In this document: positions 35,803 through 49,019 of the stretch, in pieces
Layout of the letters: each line of letters opens with the position of its first letter
How positions within the stretch are numbered: the first letter of the stretch is position 1
Source: Massalongia carnosa
Lineage: Eukaryota
Length of the DNA: 64,000 nucleotides
Direction of reading: 5' to 3'
NCBI GenBank assembly: GCA_965645245.1
Contig: OZ287077.1
Location: forward strand, 248,001 to 312,000
The notes under the pieces: model-generated
Databases searched by the model: none
What the model was told of the DNA's origin: nothing
What the model saw: the letters and a program-made list of their open reading frames with translations, nothing else
Position numbers and translations under genes: made by a program

Positions 35803-38800
35803 GCATTTGAGTCAAACCTATCGAATCTATTTTGAAGACGATCAGCCAGGCTCTTTTGTGCTAAACACATGCAAAGCGCTGATCCAGAGAACCCTGTCCA
35901 ATCAACGGCGGAATCGGAGCAAGCGAGAACGACATCGTCCGGGCCATGAGGAGTCGCGAGATCCTCCTTCCTCGGCAGAGACCGTCCTTGTGGCGACGGG
36001 ATTCCGAGAACAAGGTCGCCCGAAGCGGAGAAGTTCGCCAAAGGTCCAGAAGAGAACTTTGGGCTTCACGCACAGCTCGAAGGCACCCCGCAGCTGTCCT
36101 GTTGCACGGTGGGAGATGTGCTCGACCAGGCAACGGAGCGCAACGTCAGCCTCAGTCTGATACAGCGAATATCGTTCACCAGATGGCACGAGATCTTGGG
36201 GGAGGATCTGCAGGCCCGTATCACCAACTTCATCGTGCGTTATGAGACGAGGAGCGGATGGATGCAAATCCGGGCGCATAGACATCTCAAAAGCGCAGTG
36301 ATGGACGCACGAGCTCAAGGCTGGCCATATGCGCATTTTCAAGTCACTCTCGTCACTAAGATCATACCTGGTATGTGGCGATCATGATTCCTTCCTTCCC
36401 CGGAGCCCGAGACCCGACTAATCCGATTTGCCTAGATCCACGTCCTTCGCGAGGCCTTTCACCACCATCACAGCGAAGCGGGCGGGAACAGCTGGAAGAC
36501 GAGATGGTGCCGACCTACCGATCCCGACCAGTGAGGCAAGACGCTGCTGGCCCCGTCGAGCCGGGCAGGGAGTCATCCGAGCCGCCGAGAAAGCGACGGA
36601 GAATCCAAATGCTCAACAAGGGAGCAGAAACTCCCGCCATCGAGATCGACGCTGATGATGACGACGATGCCCTCGACGGCGTGAGCCGATCAGCTGCGTT
36701 CCCTTGGCCAGAAACTCCGCCTCAGATGGGTTCCGACTCCCTTCAACTCCTTAAGGATGCAGCGAACAGTCCCGAGAACCAATGCGTGAATCCACCCTCC
36801 TCGTCAGGCCTGTCGCCGACATCGCAACCACGATGAGAGCGACCTCAGTGCAACGAAGAGGCCTTGCCGGAGAATCAAGCTCGAAAAAGGACCCTAGACG
36901 CCGTACCCATCGAGCTGGGCAAGGAGTCATCCGAGCCGTCGAGCACGCAGCGGAGGGCAGAAGAGACCCTCGCAATCGCGGCGGAGGCCGAAGGTGACGC
37001 CTTCCGCGGCTTGAGCTCGCCAGTGGCAGTCGCTTCGCCGGAAACTCCGCGACCGATGCAGACCTCCCTCCCCTCCACCCTCAATAAATTAAAGGACAGC
37101 CACTAGACGATCAACCGCATGATCAATCCATCTTCCGGGGAGTTGCATGAGCGGGTCATTGACGTGGACGATCAAGATGATAGGGAGCAAACCGCCCCGG
37201 CCATTCCCGCGGGCGTGAAAAACATCACCATCGGCGCGGGGATCGTGGAGGATCTGAGTCACATCTCAGACGAGACGGACCGACCAACAACCATGCCAGA
37301 AAAGTGAGTGGCGAACCCCTCGGCCCGCTGGGAGGCGACGAGCTAACATACAAGATGTAGACTCATGGAACTGGTGAGCATCACCGTGCCGGAGCATCTT
37401 CACGAGGAGAATCGATGGCTCGATTGTGCACGTCTGTTCTGTCACGATCCCGGCAAAGTCGGCTCCGAGGAACGAATTCGCATTCAAGAGTGCACGGCGG
37501 ACCTCTATCTGTATCAAGCGTTTGGGATCTTTGTCATGATGGAGATGGAGATGTTTCAGAAAGGAGGATATGATGCGGATGACATGGGTTTGGAAAAGGT
37601 ACGCATCTACGCGCATTCTCCCTGCTCGGAATCCTCGTCTTCCTTCCTCCCTCCCTCTTTTTCTGACTCGAATGGAACCGGCAGACCATTGAAATGCTCG
37701 GCGTGATTGCGCTGAATCGCGTGCTCGTCAATTCGTATCGCGACATCCAGGATGCGCGTGAACGTCAGGCCTGGACCGAGCATCTGAAGGAGGGGACGGC
37801 AGAGGAGCCACAGCCCGTGAATGCTCAATGTCCATCGCGAAACCCGTACGGTATCGAATGCCCCTGCGTGGACGATGGTCCTTCGGCTCGCCTCAAGCCC
37901 ACCCTCGGCGCCAATCTCATCGTGGTGCCGGCGGCGATCATGGCCAACTGGCTTCGGCATGCGTCTCAGTTTCTGGTGGAGGATCCCGTGCTCGGCCCAT
38001 GGCAGATACGGCACGGATACACCAGCCCCAAGCTGAATGGAATCGTTCCTCGTCTGCATCCCATCCAAGACCGAAAATGGTTGGAGCTGAAAGGACCGAG
38101 CAGCGCGTCGGCCTCGTATCATGTAGACGCCTCGGCGACCGTTGTGATCACCAGCAAACATTGCCATCTCCGACACGTCGTCAAGCCATTCACGATATTC
38201 GCTCAGCAACTCAAGAAAACCGCCAGGTCCAGGCCGACTGTAACCCGAGAGCCCATGACGTTCGCATGGGGCCGAGCATGGATGGACGAGGCGCATCAGG
38301 AAGTGTCGGGCTTTGGAACGGCGCATCGGATCTTTAAGCAGCTGGGCAAGCACGTGCGCAAATGGCTGCTGACGGGAACGCCGTTTGAAACCTCACCCGA
38401 GCAAATGGCGAATTGTATCGCCACCCTGGACGACGGATGGGCCTCCTCGCTCCTCATTCCCCAAAAACCATGGCCGCGCCGAGATCGGTATCGGCAGCAG
38501 CTTCGGGAATGTACGTTCGCCAAGATCAAAGAGCTCGAGGCCATGCACAAGCGACTGGTCAAAGGCACGGACGACAGTGGACTGCTGATGCCGGAGCATG
38601 TGCGCAAGCTTTCCATCGTCTTGAACACCATCTGGCTCAGGCGCAGTGCCACGAGATCCAAGTTCTTCGATCAACCGCTGACGAAAGTTCTGCCCAACAT
38701 TCATCATGATGTCGAATGCATCCTGCCGCCCGAATTCCTCGAGTTGGTGAATAGCGAGGTTCTGACCATCACCAGCGTCTTGCAAAAGGAGCTGGACCAA

Positions 38801-39774
38801 GCCATCGCGAAATGGGAAGCCACTATCCCTCACCTGACCCCCAAACCCCAGCTGAACATGAACTACTGGCTCCTTCGAGCCCGGCGGATGCGAATCCTCA
38901 GCTCCTTCCCGCGCTTGGGTACACTGGATGAAACGTGGAGGCTGTCGTACACGGGAAAGGAAGATCGGAACGCGGACAACGGATGGATCAAGTCGGTCGG
39001 TGGTCGCTTGTACGAGCTGCAGCGAACAAACTCACCGTACGAGGCCTTCATCCGAGACGTTTGCGCGCCTGCCAATTGCCCCAAGATCGCCGCCCTCAAT
39101 CAACTGATGGACGAGGCGTGGGAACCAGGTGAGAAGGCGTGTTTTGCCACCATGGGCCCCACGAACGCGTTGTTGCTCTACTGGGTGAGTGATTACCCCG
39201 GAGGAAGAACCCTTCCAAACCCCCCCCCCCCTCTCGGGCCCTCTCGGGGCGCCTCGCTAATGATGTGTAGTATCTTCGCATCGTGCGCAAGGCCGATGTG
39301 GCGCTCCTTCATGGCGCAATCGAAAAGTCGCGAACCCAGGACATTGTCTGGCTCTTTCAAGAAGACCCGATCACCATGAGCAAATACCCCGGGGAGGTCT
39401 CGCCACAGTATCTGGTTGGCACCACCAAACTCATCGGTGTGGGTTACACCATGACCAAAGCACGGCGACTGGTTCAGTTGAACCCGGAATGGATGAGTCG
39501 CGACGAGCTGCAGGCCCAGAAAAGAATCAACTGCATCACGCAACACGGACAAACCCACACCTATGCCTTGCGGTGCAAGGGCTCGAACGTGGAAGAAGTC
39601 ATTTACGATCGCCAAAACCGACGGGCGCACTTGATTGCTTTGGCGCTGGATCCAGCGAAAATCAAGGAGGATGACAAGGTTATACGGGGGGTGGGGGACG
39701 ATGCGAGCGATGACAGCGATTTCGAGGGGTTGGAGGAATCGGGAGAGGTCGGTATGATTCGAGTGCAAGTGTAG
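35803..39774 (+). pseudogene. SNF2-family helicase-like gene, 5'-truncated and disrupted
   Basis: GGYDADDMGLEK|T (intron), LIVVPA, WMDEAH, WLLTGTP, GVGYTMTKARR and QAQKRINCITQ. Introns near 36370, 37304, 37599 and 39186; stops at 36834 and 37104. Confidence 0.8.
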
Positions 39775-40172
39775 AGGAGTTGAAGTGAACTTAGATAGCG
39801 TTCATAGAGAAGATGAAGTTCGTTCGCACGAGACAGCGAGGGACTACAGTGAACGAGATTGACCGATGAAGACCGCATCAAAGTCAGGCGAAAAACTCGA
39901 CGAATGAGTCATGACGGCTCGAAACGAGAAATAAAGATTGACTATCTAAGTTATTACTATGGAGGGAAGAGAGCTGCTCATCGTTTTGCGGTCCTCTTGA
40001 TGAGATGCACTGATCCTGCTCTGTACTCCGATTTCACGATGAGAAAAAGACCCTTCAATGCGGAAGAAGCAATGACTGGTTTATCAATGATCTTTCATGC
40101 AAATCTAATTCACATGTAATTTTCTTGCTTCCAAAGCGTTCTAGGGTGGAAAGCAGGATTATATGGACAAAA

Positions 40173-40416
40173 TAGTCAGATGGTAGGGACTACCATCATG
40201 GGCATTCATCTAGTGCTTATCTTCGGCGACTCTACCACGGGGACCGAGGTGACCTCCGGGGACCGAGATTCAGTGGACCGGCTGACTCCTTATGAAAAGG
40301 GTCGCCGAAAGGTCTCCAATGTGACTGCTATATAATGAAGTAGATAGCTCACATATAATCCATACCTTCAATGACAATTATGCTATTATACCCACACGAG
40401 AATTTACTATTCATCA
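40173..40416 (+). mobile_element. Diverged solo LTR, family A
   Basis: Shares GTGACTGCTA...CCTTCAATGACAAT...TATACC with the 4865 and 17962 copies; boundaries approximate. Confidence 0.6.
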
Positions 40417-40573
40417 AAAACATCATTTGAAGTTCGCTTGCTTTCTGGGCGTTCAATGAACAAGAGAAAGGTTCATTGAGCACCCGCGAATGAAATGAAT
40501 CTTCAATGATAATATCGACGAATTTATTTATTTATTTTATTTTTATTTTTTACTTTTCCTGTCAAAAGACTCG

Positions 40574-40840
40574 TTATATGATAAAAATTGTATCTTTATT
40601 AAAACAATCGTTTCGTCTGCATGATAGATTGATTGACATATTTTTTCGCGTAAACGGAGTTTTTGGATTTTTCTTCGTTTGCAAAAGTCGTCCTAGCGGA
40701 GTGAATACGCTGGGCCTGCAGTAATCGAATATGTTGCCGAGGGGGCCGGTCCTGTGACGATTTTTGTATTCTTTCTTTTCGAGAGCATCAGCTCTTCTTT
40801 TCGACGCAAAAAGTGTTGAATGTTCAACTTCTACCAGCAC
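40574..40840 (-). pseudogene. Possible degenerate hAT transposase fragment
   Basis: LFASKRRADALE...RHRTGPLGNI resembles the fungal hAT WRxxGPLGKLHN segment. Confidence 0.3.
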
Positions 40841-40994
40841 AACAGATTAGATTAGATCAGTTCCAGTCTAACCGTATCGGTTACTTAAGACCTTCAGCGG
40901 TGTCTTAAGTAACCTAGGCTCGGATAAACTAATATCACTTCGCTTAGTAGAGGTTGACTACTTATAAGGAGAAGACTGCTTCATAGTAACTCTT

Positions 40995-41441
40995 TACGCC
41001 GCGCAACGGGTTGGGTTAAACCCGTCGGGTTTGGGTCGGGTTTTCGGGTCGGATTGGACTCCCTAGAACCTGACCCGACAGGTTCGGGTGATTTATGCGG
41101 GTTTCCGGGTTAAACCGTTCAACCCGGTCAGTTATTTCTGCAAATAAAATATGAAAATTCGACGAAAATATAACGTTTGAAATGATAAAAATTCTGCTTA
41201 CTAAGTATTATTTCTTGCTGATTAATTCTCAGAATTTTCAGAATTTTAAAAGGTATTTAAAACGTCTAAAAAACATGTTTAAAAATGACATAAAAAATCG
41301 ACCGGGTCGAACGGGTCAAACGGGTTAACCCGGGAACGGTTCCCCAACCCAGCTGGTTGAGCCCTACAGGCTCTCTAACCCGGTAGCGGTTCGGGTTCGA
41401 CTAGTCAAAACCTGACCCAACCCGACCCGTTGCGTAGCGTA
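40995..41441. mobile_element. hAT-type MITE, long form (447 bp)
   Basis: Same TIR, many AACCC/GGGTT subterminal repeats; TSD TAACTCTT/CAACTCTT. Confidence 0.9.
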
Positions 41442-41547
41442 CAACTCTTTATCATATATATTAGGGTCATACACATTGTCATTTATTACATAGTTATATA
41501 GTCATAGTCATATACCTATTTCAACAAAAAAAACCTCTAAATGTAGT

Positions 41548-41691
41548 TATACCGCGCAACGGGTCGGGTTTGTCTACTGAAAACCCAACCCTTTTGTGGC
41601 GATCCTTATGTTTTTGGTATCCGGGTTGAGTTTTGAAAGAAAAACCCGATTGCAAAAAAGCAATTTTGTGGCGAGAACCCAACCCGTTGCG
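41548..41691. mobile_element. hAT-type MITE, short form, right TIR cut by an LTR
   Basis: Aligns with 57631-57782. Confidence 0.85.
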
Positions 41692-41961
41692 TGTCATGGA
41701 GTGACTGGGCACCTGTCAGTTAGTTCATTGAATCAACCTTAGCTGCTTGAACGAAGCACTAGCTGGTTAGCCGATCCGAAAGGAACTAAGCTTAATCCGG
41801 TTTAGTCAGGGCAAAGGTAAGTGTTCCGACTATCAATAGTGTCATGGCGATAGTTTCATGCTAGGGACTTGGGGAAATTGGATCAACGGCTGGATTGGGA
41901 CTAGTTCCGTTCGCCAGAGTCTTATACTCGCCCACGTTGGATTTTCTGTTTCTTTTCTCCT
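41692..41961 (+). mobile_element. Partial LTR, family B, cut by the gypsy element
   Basis: Matches the reverse complement of 29578-29865. Confidence 0.9.
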
Positions 41962-44900
41962 TGTCATGAAATCGAACCAACCCGATCCAGAATCAATCCC
42001 GCAGATGAATCTGACTAAGCTCCCGTTCCTCTATTCAGCTTAGTCAGAATCTCATTAACTAAATCGAGTTTAGACCCCTCTCAACGGCTTCAGGTCAAAG
42101 CTGTACCATCACCATCAAAGCGTACCAACGACAGGAGAACCTCATCTCCACCTTTTATCGTCAAACACCTCGTCAAACCTTCGTGCTGTACGTCTCCTAA
42201 TAGGGGGAGATGAACACTGATCGAATCTTCATGCAAAGGGGTTCGAGACAAATATAAAGGAAGGACAAGTTAATTAGATAGTTGACTCCTTGTCCGACCT
42301 CTTGTATAGCAATCCATCACCTAGCTATAGCCTTATTAATAAAGATATCTTAATCACCCAATCCAATTCCTAGGAACATTAGTTCAATCCCCTGCCCAGT
42401 CCTTGACATTACGTCGGACCTACATCGAAAGGTGCCTTTCATAGCACTAGCCCCTGTCCCCCCTCATATTCCACCATCATGTCTTCGTCTTCAGAAGAGA
42501 TGACCGTCCCCCAAAACCCTCTCATCGACGAGAACGTGAAGTTGTTTCAAAACCAGTTCCAAACCAATCCTGAAGCATTCGTCGCGGAAATACGACGACT
42601 TCATGCCGAGGTAGCCCGGTTGCAGGCCGCCCCAGCTCCCGACCCCCCTATACCCACTCCAGCATCAACCTCGTCTCCCTCGTCCGTTCCGGCAATGGAC
42701 CCTCAGATAGCTGCCCTCCTGCAGCTCCTTTTGACCCGGAATTCCGAGTCCAAAACCGATCTTCGTTCTGAAAAACTTCCCGACATCTCCGAGTACGATG
42801 GAGATGAAGCCAAGTTGGACTCCTGGGAACAGAGCCTGATTCAACGGATGCACGTTAATCATGATCGATACTCCACCGATGCCTCCAAGATTACATACGC
42901 GGAGAATCGGCTCACTATCGGGAAACGAGCTCACAACCTTATGAATGCGTATCGAGTGGATGGCATTTGTAGACTCACCACCTTCTCCGAATGGCGTTCT
43001 GCTCTTCGCCTAGCCTGCGGCAACCCCTTCGAACAAGAGGATGCCCGTAAGTACCTTCGAGAAACCCTCAAGCAGGGCTCTCTGAGTTTCGAAGAGTACA
43101 ACACTCTCTTCTCTCAGAAAAAAGACCGATCCAGAATGGAAGACGCTTCGTTGATTGATGCCATGAAGGCAAACATCAACTACTCCGTTCAAACCGCGGC
43201 CGTCCAGTACCGAGTCCCCGGCACCAATCTGGAGCCAATCACCTTCGACGAGCACGTCGCAATGTGGTTAAGCACGGACCGGAAAATCCGTCAGATCCGT
43301 CATCTGGCACCCAAGGCCACGACTCCGGCCACATCAGCTCCCGCCAATCGAAGAAACGGCACCAACCTTCCTGCTGCCCTTTCCCCCGCACTGTCGTCAC
43401 GGGCACGGTCACCCCATTGATCCCAACCCCCGCCTTCCCCCCAGCTGGAGACCCCATGGACCTAAGTCAGGCCATGGCGGCTGTCAAAGGTCAGTCGTTG
43501 AAAACCGAGGGAGTAAGGAAGATCTGCGAGAATTGGAACCTGTGCTTCTATTGCAAATTGCAACACCTCGGGTCGGCCTCTGACTGCCCAAATAAGCCTA
43601 CCAAACGCCTTCGTAACATGGAAGTCGTCTCGACCCTCACTCCCGAGACTGACGACTCGGGAAACGTCTAGACTCTGCGCATCGTCGCGCGCAGAGCCCT
43701 ATTTTAATTTCTTCTTGTCTGTTAGCCAACTCGTTTTCTCCCCCCCTTCAATCAAACACTCGTTTTTCCGCATCCTCCGCTTTGGAGCTGTTTGAAACCG
43801 AAGAAGCGTTTCGAGATAGCCACCTAGTGGTATCATGTATCTTACGTTTAGGTAGATCCCGAATTCAAGCTCTCAATCTGATTGATTGTGGTGCATCTGG
43901 CTATGCATTCATTGACAAGAAGTTTGCGCAAACTCACCAAATCCCCCTTCATCCCCTCAAATACGCCCGACGCCTTGAAGGCTTCGACGGTCAGCCGGCT
44001 CTGACTAGAAATATCACTCATGTGGCCGAGGTAGCCATGGACTTAAACGGACATGTAGAAAGATTATTCCTTTTCGTAACAGGACTGAAAACCTACCCCA
44101 TCGTCCTGGGACACCCGTGGTTGCGACGATATCAAGCTCTCGCTGATTTCGAGTCCAACTCTCTCTCCCTGTCTTCCTATTTCTGCCTGGCTCATTGTAG
44201 CCCTCATCCAGTCAAGGTGAAGGCCTACAAGGGCGAGAAATTCCTATCTCCTTCGGAAAGTCAGGAAGTATGGGAATCGGAAAACTACTCGTCCAATAGT
44301 CAAATCCTGTCCGAAAAACCTGTCCTGTCCGATAAAACCACGCCGCGCGATAGTAAGACAACTTCTCTCGAAAATCAGGACATCAGTCGTATCGAAATAG
44401 CGATTGAACAGGGCGACTCACCGAAAATCCGATATCGAAGTCCCTCTTCGTATCGCACCTCTACTCAGCGACATGCTGCCCAGCAGAATCGCAATCCTCC
44501 TGTTTTGGACGTCTGTGAAATCGGCGCCCTCAACTTCAACTATCTCGGACGAAAAAAGAGTCACGAGATGTTTGCTCTCTCCTTGAAAGAAATCGATCAC
44601 TTTCTCGGCCTGACTCAACCTGAACCTAAGCCTGAACCCAAACCCGAATCTCGCCTTCGTCAAGAGACTGACTGGGCACACTCGAAACCAACCTACCAAC
44701 CCAACCCCCGGTCCAGCCCTAGTGAAAAGAAATATCACTTAGCCCTGTTCCGTATGAACCAGGCTCGGACACAGTTATGTTCAGTTACCGAACCCGAACC
44801 TCAACCCTTGACACTGCAATCATCAGTGACCGCCGAAGAACTGAACGCTTATCGTGAGCGAAAGAACGTCGACCCAGCCCCCCTTCTACCCAAACAGTAT

Positions 44901-47900
44901 CACGACTTTCTGGATGTCTTCTCCAAAAAAGAATCGGACGTCCTGCCCGAACACCGACCCTACGACCATGCCATAAAGCTAAAAGAAGGCTCTCCAATCC
45001 CGAATCAAGCTCTTTATGGCATGAGTCGAACCGAAATCGAAGAACTCCGACGCTACCTTGATGAGAACCTGTCGAAAGGATTCATCCGAGCTAGTAAATC
45101 CCCCGCTGCCTCCCCAGTCATGTTCGTAAAGAAGCCAGGAGGAGGACTTCGCTTCTGTGTCGACTATCGAGCCTCAATGCCATCACGATTAAGAATCGGT
45201 ATCCGCTTCCCCTGATCACCGAAACCCTGAATCGCCTGAGTCGGGCTAAGATATTCACCAAGCTGGACATTATTTCAGCGTTCAATCGGCTCCGCATCAA
45301 GGAAGGAGATGAAGAACTCACCGCATTCAGAACCCGTTTTGGCCTCTTCGAATCCCTGGTCCTACCATTCGGCCTCTGTAACGGCCCCGCCTTCTTTCAA
45401 CACTTCATCAATGATACTCTTCGAGAGTATCTCGACGACTTTTACACGGCCTATCTAGATGACATTCTCATCTACAGCGAAATTGAAGGCGAGCATGAAA
45501 TCCACGTCAAACGTATCCTCATCAAGCTGAGAGAAGCCGGGCTGCAAGTAGACATCACCAAATGCAAATTTCATGTCACAGAAGTTGCCTATCTCGGACT
45601 AATCGTAACCACCGAGGGAATCAAAATGGACCCCGCTAAAATCGAAACAGTAACTCATTGGCCAATACCGATCAATATGAAAGATGTACAAAGCTTTCTG
45701 GGATTTGCTAACTTCTATAGACGATTCGTATACGGCTTCAGTAAGATAGCCGGCCCACTGACGAATCTAACCAAAAAGGAGGTCAGCTTTCAATGGACTG
45801 ACAAATGTCAACAGGCATTCGAAACTCTAAAAAAAGCTTTTACCTCGGAACTAATACTGATGCATTTCGATCCCGATCGTCCTATCATCGTGGAAACCGA
45901 TGCTTCGGACTACGTCTCTGGTGGTATCCTTTCTCAGTATGACAACGAGAACGTGCTTCGCCCCATCGCATACTTCTCCAAGAAACACAACCCGGCCGAA
46001 TGCAATTATTAGATCTATGACAAGGAACTCATGGCCATCGTCCGATGCTTCGAAGAATGGAGACCGGAATTGGGAGGTTCTGCTCACCCCATCAGCGTTA
46101 TCTCAGATCATAAGAAGTTGGAATACTTCGCTTCAACAAAACAACTCAGTCGTCGTCAAGCTCGCTGGTCCGAATTCTTATCCCGATTTGACTTTAAAAT
46201 AGTCTATCGACCCGGAAAAGCTGGTGGTAAACCAGATGCACTGACTCGTCGCTCAGGAGACCTCTCTAAAGAGGGGGATGAAACTGATGAAAGACATAAA
46301 CATCAGCATCAAACCATCCTGAAAACTCATAACCTGGACGACGAAGTGGCGAAAAGTTTCTTATCCACGATTATCCTAGCCCCCGCGTTCATCGAACAGG
46401 ATCCCGAGTCCGTTGAACATGATCACGAGTTCATTGAACCTGAACCACAGCTGGATCAGCCTGCCGACCAAACCAATCCTGGCCAAGACCCGACCGACGT
46501 CCCAACTCAGCTGTTATGGGAACAAGCTCTGGAACAGGATCAATTCTCTCTGAAAGTTCTAGACATGCTTCGCAATAATGTCAGATATCATAACGGCATT
46601 CAGCTAGCCGAATGTAAAGATAAAGAAGGGATTCTTTATTTTCGAAACCGTCGATACGTACCCAATTCGGATCGGCTCCGTCTCCGTCTCATTCAACAGG
46701 CACACGACAGCGTAGCAGGTGGCCATCCCGGTCGTTCCAAATGCTACGAACTAATGAATCGATCATACTGGTGGCCCAGTATGCATCAAACCGTCAAACG
46801 ATTCATTCGTAACTGTCACACCTGTAGACGATCCAAACCATCCCGCCAACGATACCAAGGATGGCTACGCCCTCTGTCCCCACCCGAACGTCGATGGCGT
46901 GACGTTTCCATGGACTACGTAGGTCCGCTGCCTCCGAGCACCTTCATAGGTATAACCTATCGTTATATCCTCGTCTTCATCGATCGCCTTTCCAAGATGC
47001 GACATTTCGTCCCCACCACCTCCATGGAGGTAGAAGAGGCTGCTAACTCCTTCTACCAAAATGTATGGAAATTACACGGTCTCCCAGACGCCTTGATTTC
47101 GGATCGAGGCACCCAATTCACCTCCGATTTCTGGGACATCATGTGTAAACGGCTTAGAATTGATGCTAGGCTATCAACCAGTTTTCATCCCGAGACAGAT
47201 GGCCAAACCGAGAGGGCTAATGCAACCATGGAGCACTATCTTCGGGCATACGTCAATTACATGCAAGATGACTGGGCCCAGTACTTACCCGGTGCCGAAT
47301 TCTCCAGCAATAACACCGACTCCTCCAGCATTCTCGCCTCTCCCTTCCTGGCTAATTATGGACAACACCCCAGGGTAGGATTCGAACCCGAAGAGCCCCT
47401 TCCGCAAGACCTGACCGCCCAGGGAATCGCTAACCTGATCGCCGCCAATCGATTCGTAGACAAGATGCGAGACGTAGACACTCACCTACGAGAAGAGATG
47501 TTGATCGCGCAGGCCTCATACGAATCTTCCGCCAATGAGAACCGCCGTCCTTGTCCTCCTTATCTTGTAGGAGACATGGTATGGCTGAACACCCGAAATA
47601 TCCAGACAGCCCGTCCGGCAGCCAAACTGGACGATCGAAATGTCGGTCCTTACCGAGTCTGTAAGGTGTTCGCCAACCCTCTTGTTGTTCAACTGGAACT
47701 CCCCGACACGGTTAAAATTCATCCGGTCTTTCATGTAAATCTGCTACAACACGACGCAGACGACCCCCTCCCAGGACAAATTCCTGAGCTTCGCGACCCA
47801 ATAATAGCCGAAGATGGACAGCGAGAATGGTATGTCAACAGCATTCTGAACTCGAAACTGGACAGACGTTATCAACCTCCGCTTCTCAAGTATTTCGTCA

Positions 47901-48537
47901 ACTGGGAAGGACATACCCCCACCTGGGAGCCATTTCACCTACTAACCAACTGTCAACAAGCTCTGGACGAATTCCACGAAGCCTATCCTGGTGCATCCGG
48001 CCCACATCTCACCCCCTGTTCCATTCCTCGATGTCGCTGTCATGAATAAAACTGCTTCGCAGGAGCTCAGCTCTTGAAAGGGGAGCTACTGTCATGAAAT
48101 CGAACCAACCCGATCCAGAATCAATCCCGCAGATGAATCTGACTAAGCTCCCGTTCCTCTATTCAGCTTAGTCAGAATCTCATTAACTAAATCGAGTTTA
48201 GACCCCTCTCAACGGCTTCAGGTCAAAGCTGTACCATCACCATCAAAGCGTACCAACGACAGGAGAACCTCATCTCCACCTTTTATCGTCAAACACCTCG
48301 TCAAACCTTCGTGCCGTACGTCTCCTAATAGGGGGAGATGAACACTGATCGAATCTTCATGCAAAGGGGTTCGAGACAAATATAAATGGAAGGACAAGTT
48401 AATTAGATAGTTGACTCCTTGTCCGACGTCTTGTATAGCAATCCATTATCTAGCTATAGCCTTATTAATAAAGATATCTTGATCACCTAATCCAATTCCT
48501 AGGAACATTAGTTCGATCCCCTGCCCAGTCCTTGACA
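41962..48537 (+). mobile_element. Ty3/gypsy chromovirus 1
   Basis: LTRs at 41962-42408 and 48090-48537, PPT GAAAGGGGAGCTAC; gag 42479-43671; pol with IDCGA, YLDD, RNaseH, IN and chromodomain to 48049. Frameshifts near 43390 and 45172, TAG at 46010. No TSD. Confidence 0.97.
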
Positions 48538-48659
48538 ATAGCAGGAGTCCCAGTTATAGTAGAATAGAGCTTGGTCTGCTGACTAAGTATTGTGCCTTTT
48601 GGTCGGGAAGGACAGGTGGCGCAATGGTAGAAATCTATTCACTATCTCGCTCCGTCACA

Positions 48660-49019
48660 GGGTTCGGGTTTTTATGCGGGTTTCCGGGTTAAACCGTTCA
48701 ACCCGGTCAGTTTTTTCTGCAGATTAAATCCGAAAATTTGACGAAAATATGACGTTTAAAGTTATAAGATTTTTGCTTACTAATCATCATTTCTTGATGA
48801 CTAATTTTGAGAATTTTTGGAATATTTAAATGTGTTTAAATCGTCTAAAAAACACGTTCAAAATTGACATAAAAAATCTACCGGGTCGAACGGGTCAAAC
48901 GGGTTAACCCGTGAACGGTTCCCCAACCTGCCGTGTTGAGCCCTACAGGTTCCCCAACCCGGTAGCGGGTCGGGTTCGACTAGACAAAACTCGACCCAAC
49001 TCGACCCGTTGCGCGGCAT
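48660..49019. mobile_element. hAT-type MITE, long form, left end missing
   Basis: Aligns with 41080-41441. Confidence 0.85.

Noticed and set aside
37607..38833. Long antisense and alternate-frame ORFs
   Set aside because: Shadows of the GC-rich SNF2 coding sequence.
40845..41526. Possible solo LTR hosting the long MITE (13-bp hairpin near 40879-40913; ends TTTCAACA)
   Set aside because: No 5' TG boundary or TSD could be identified.
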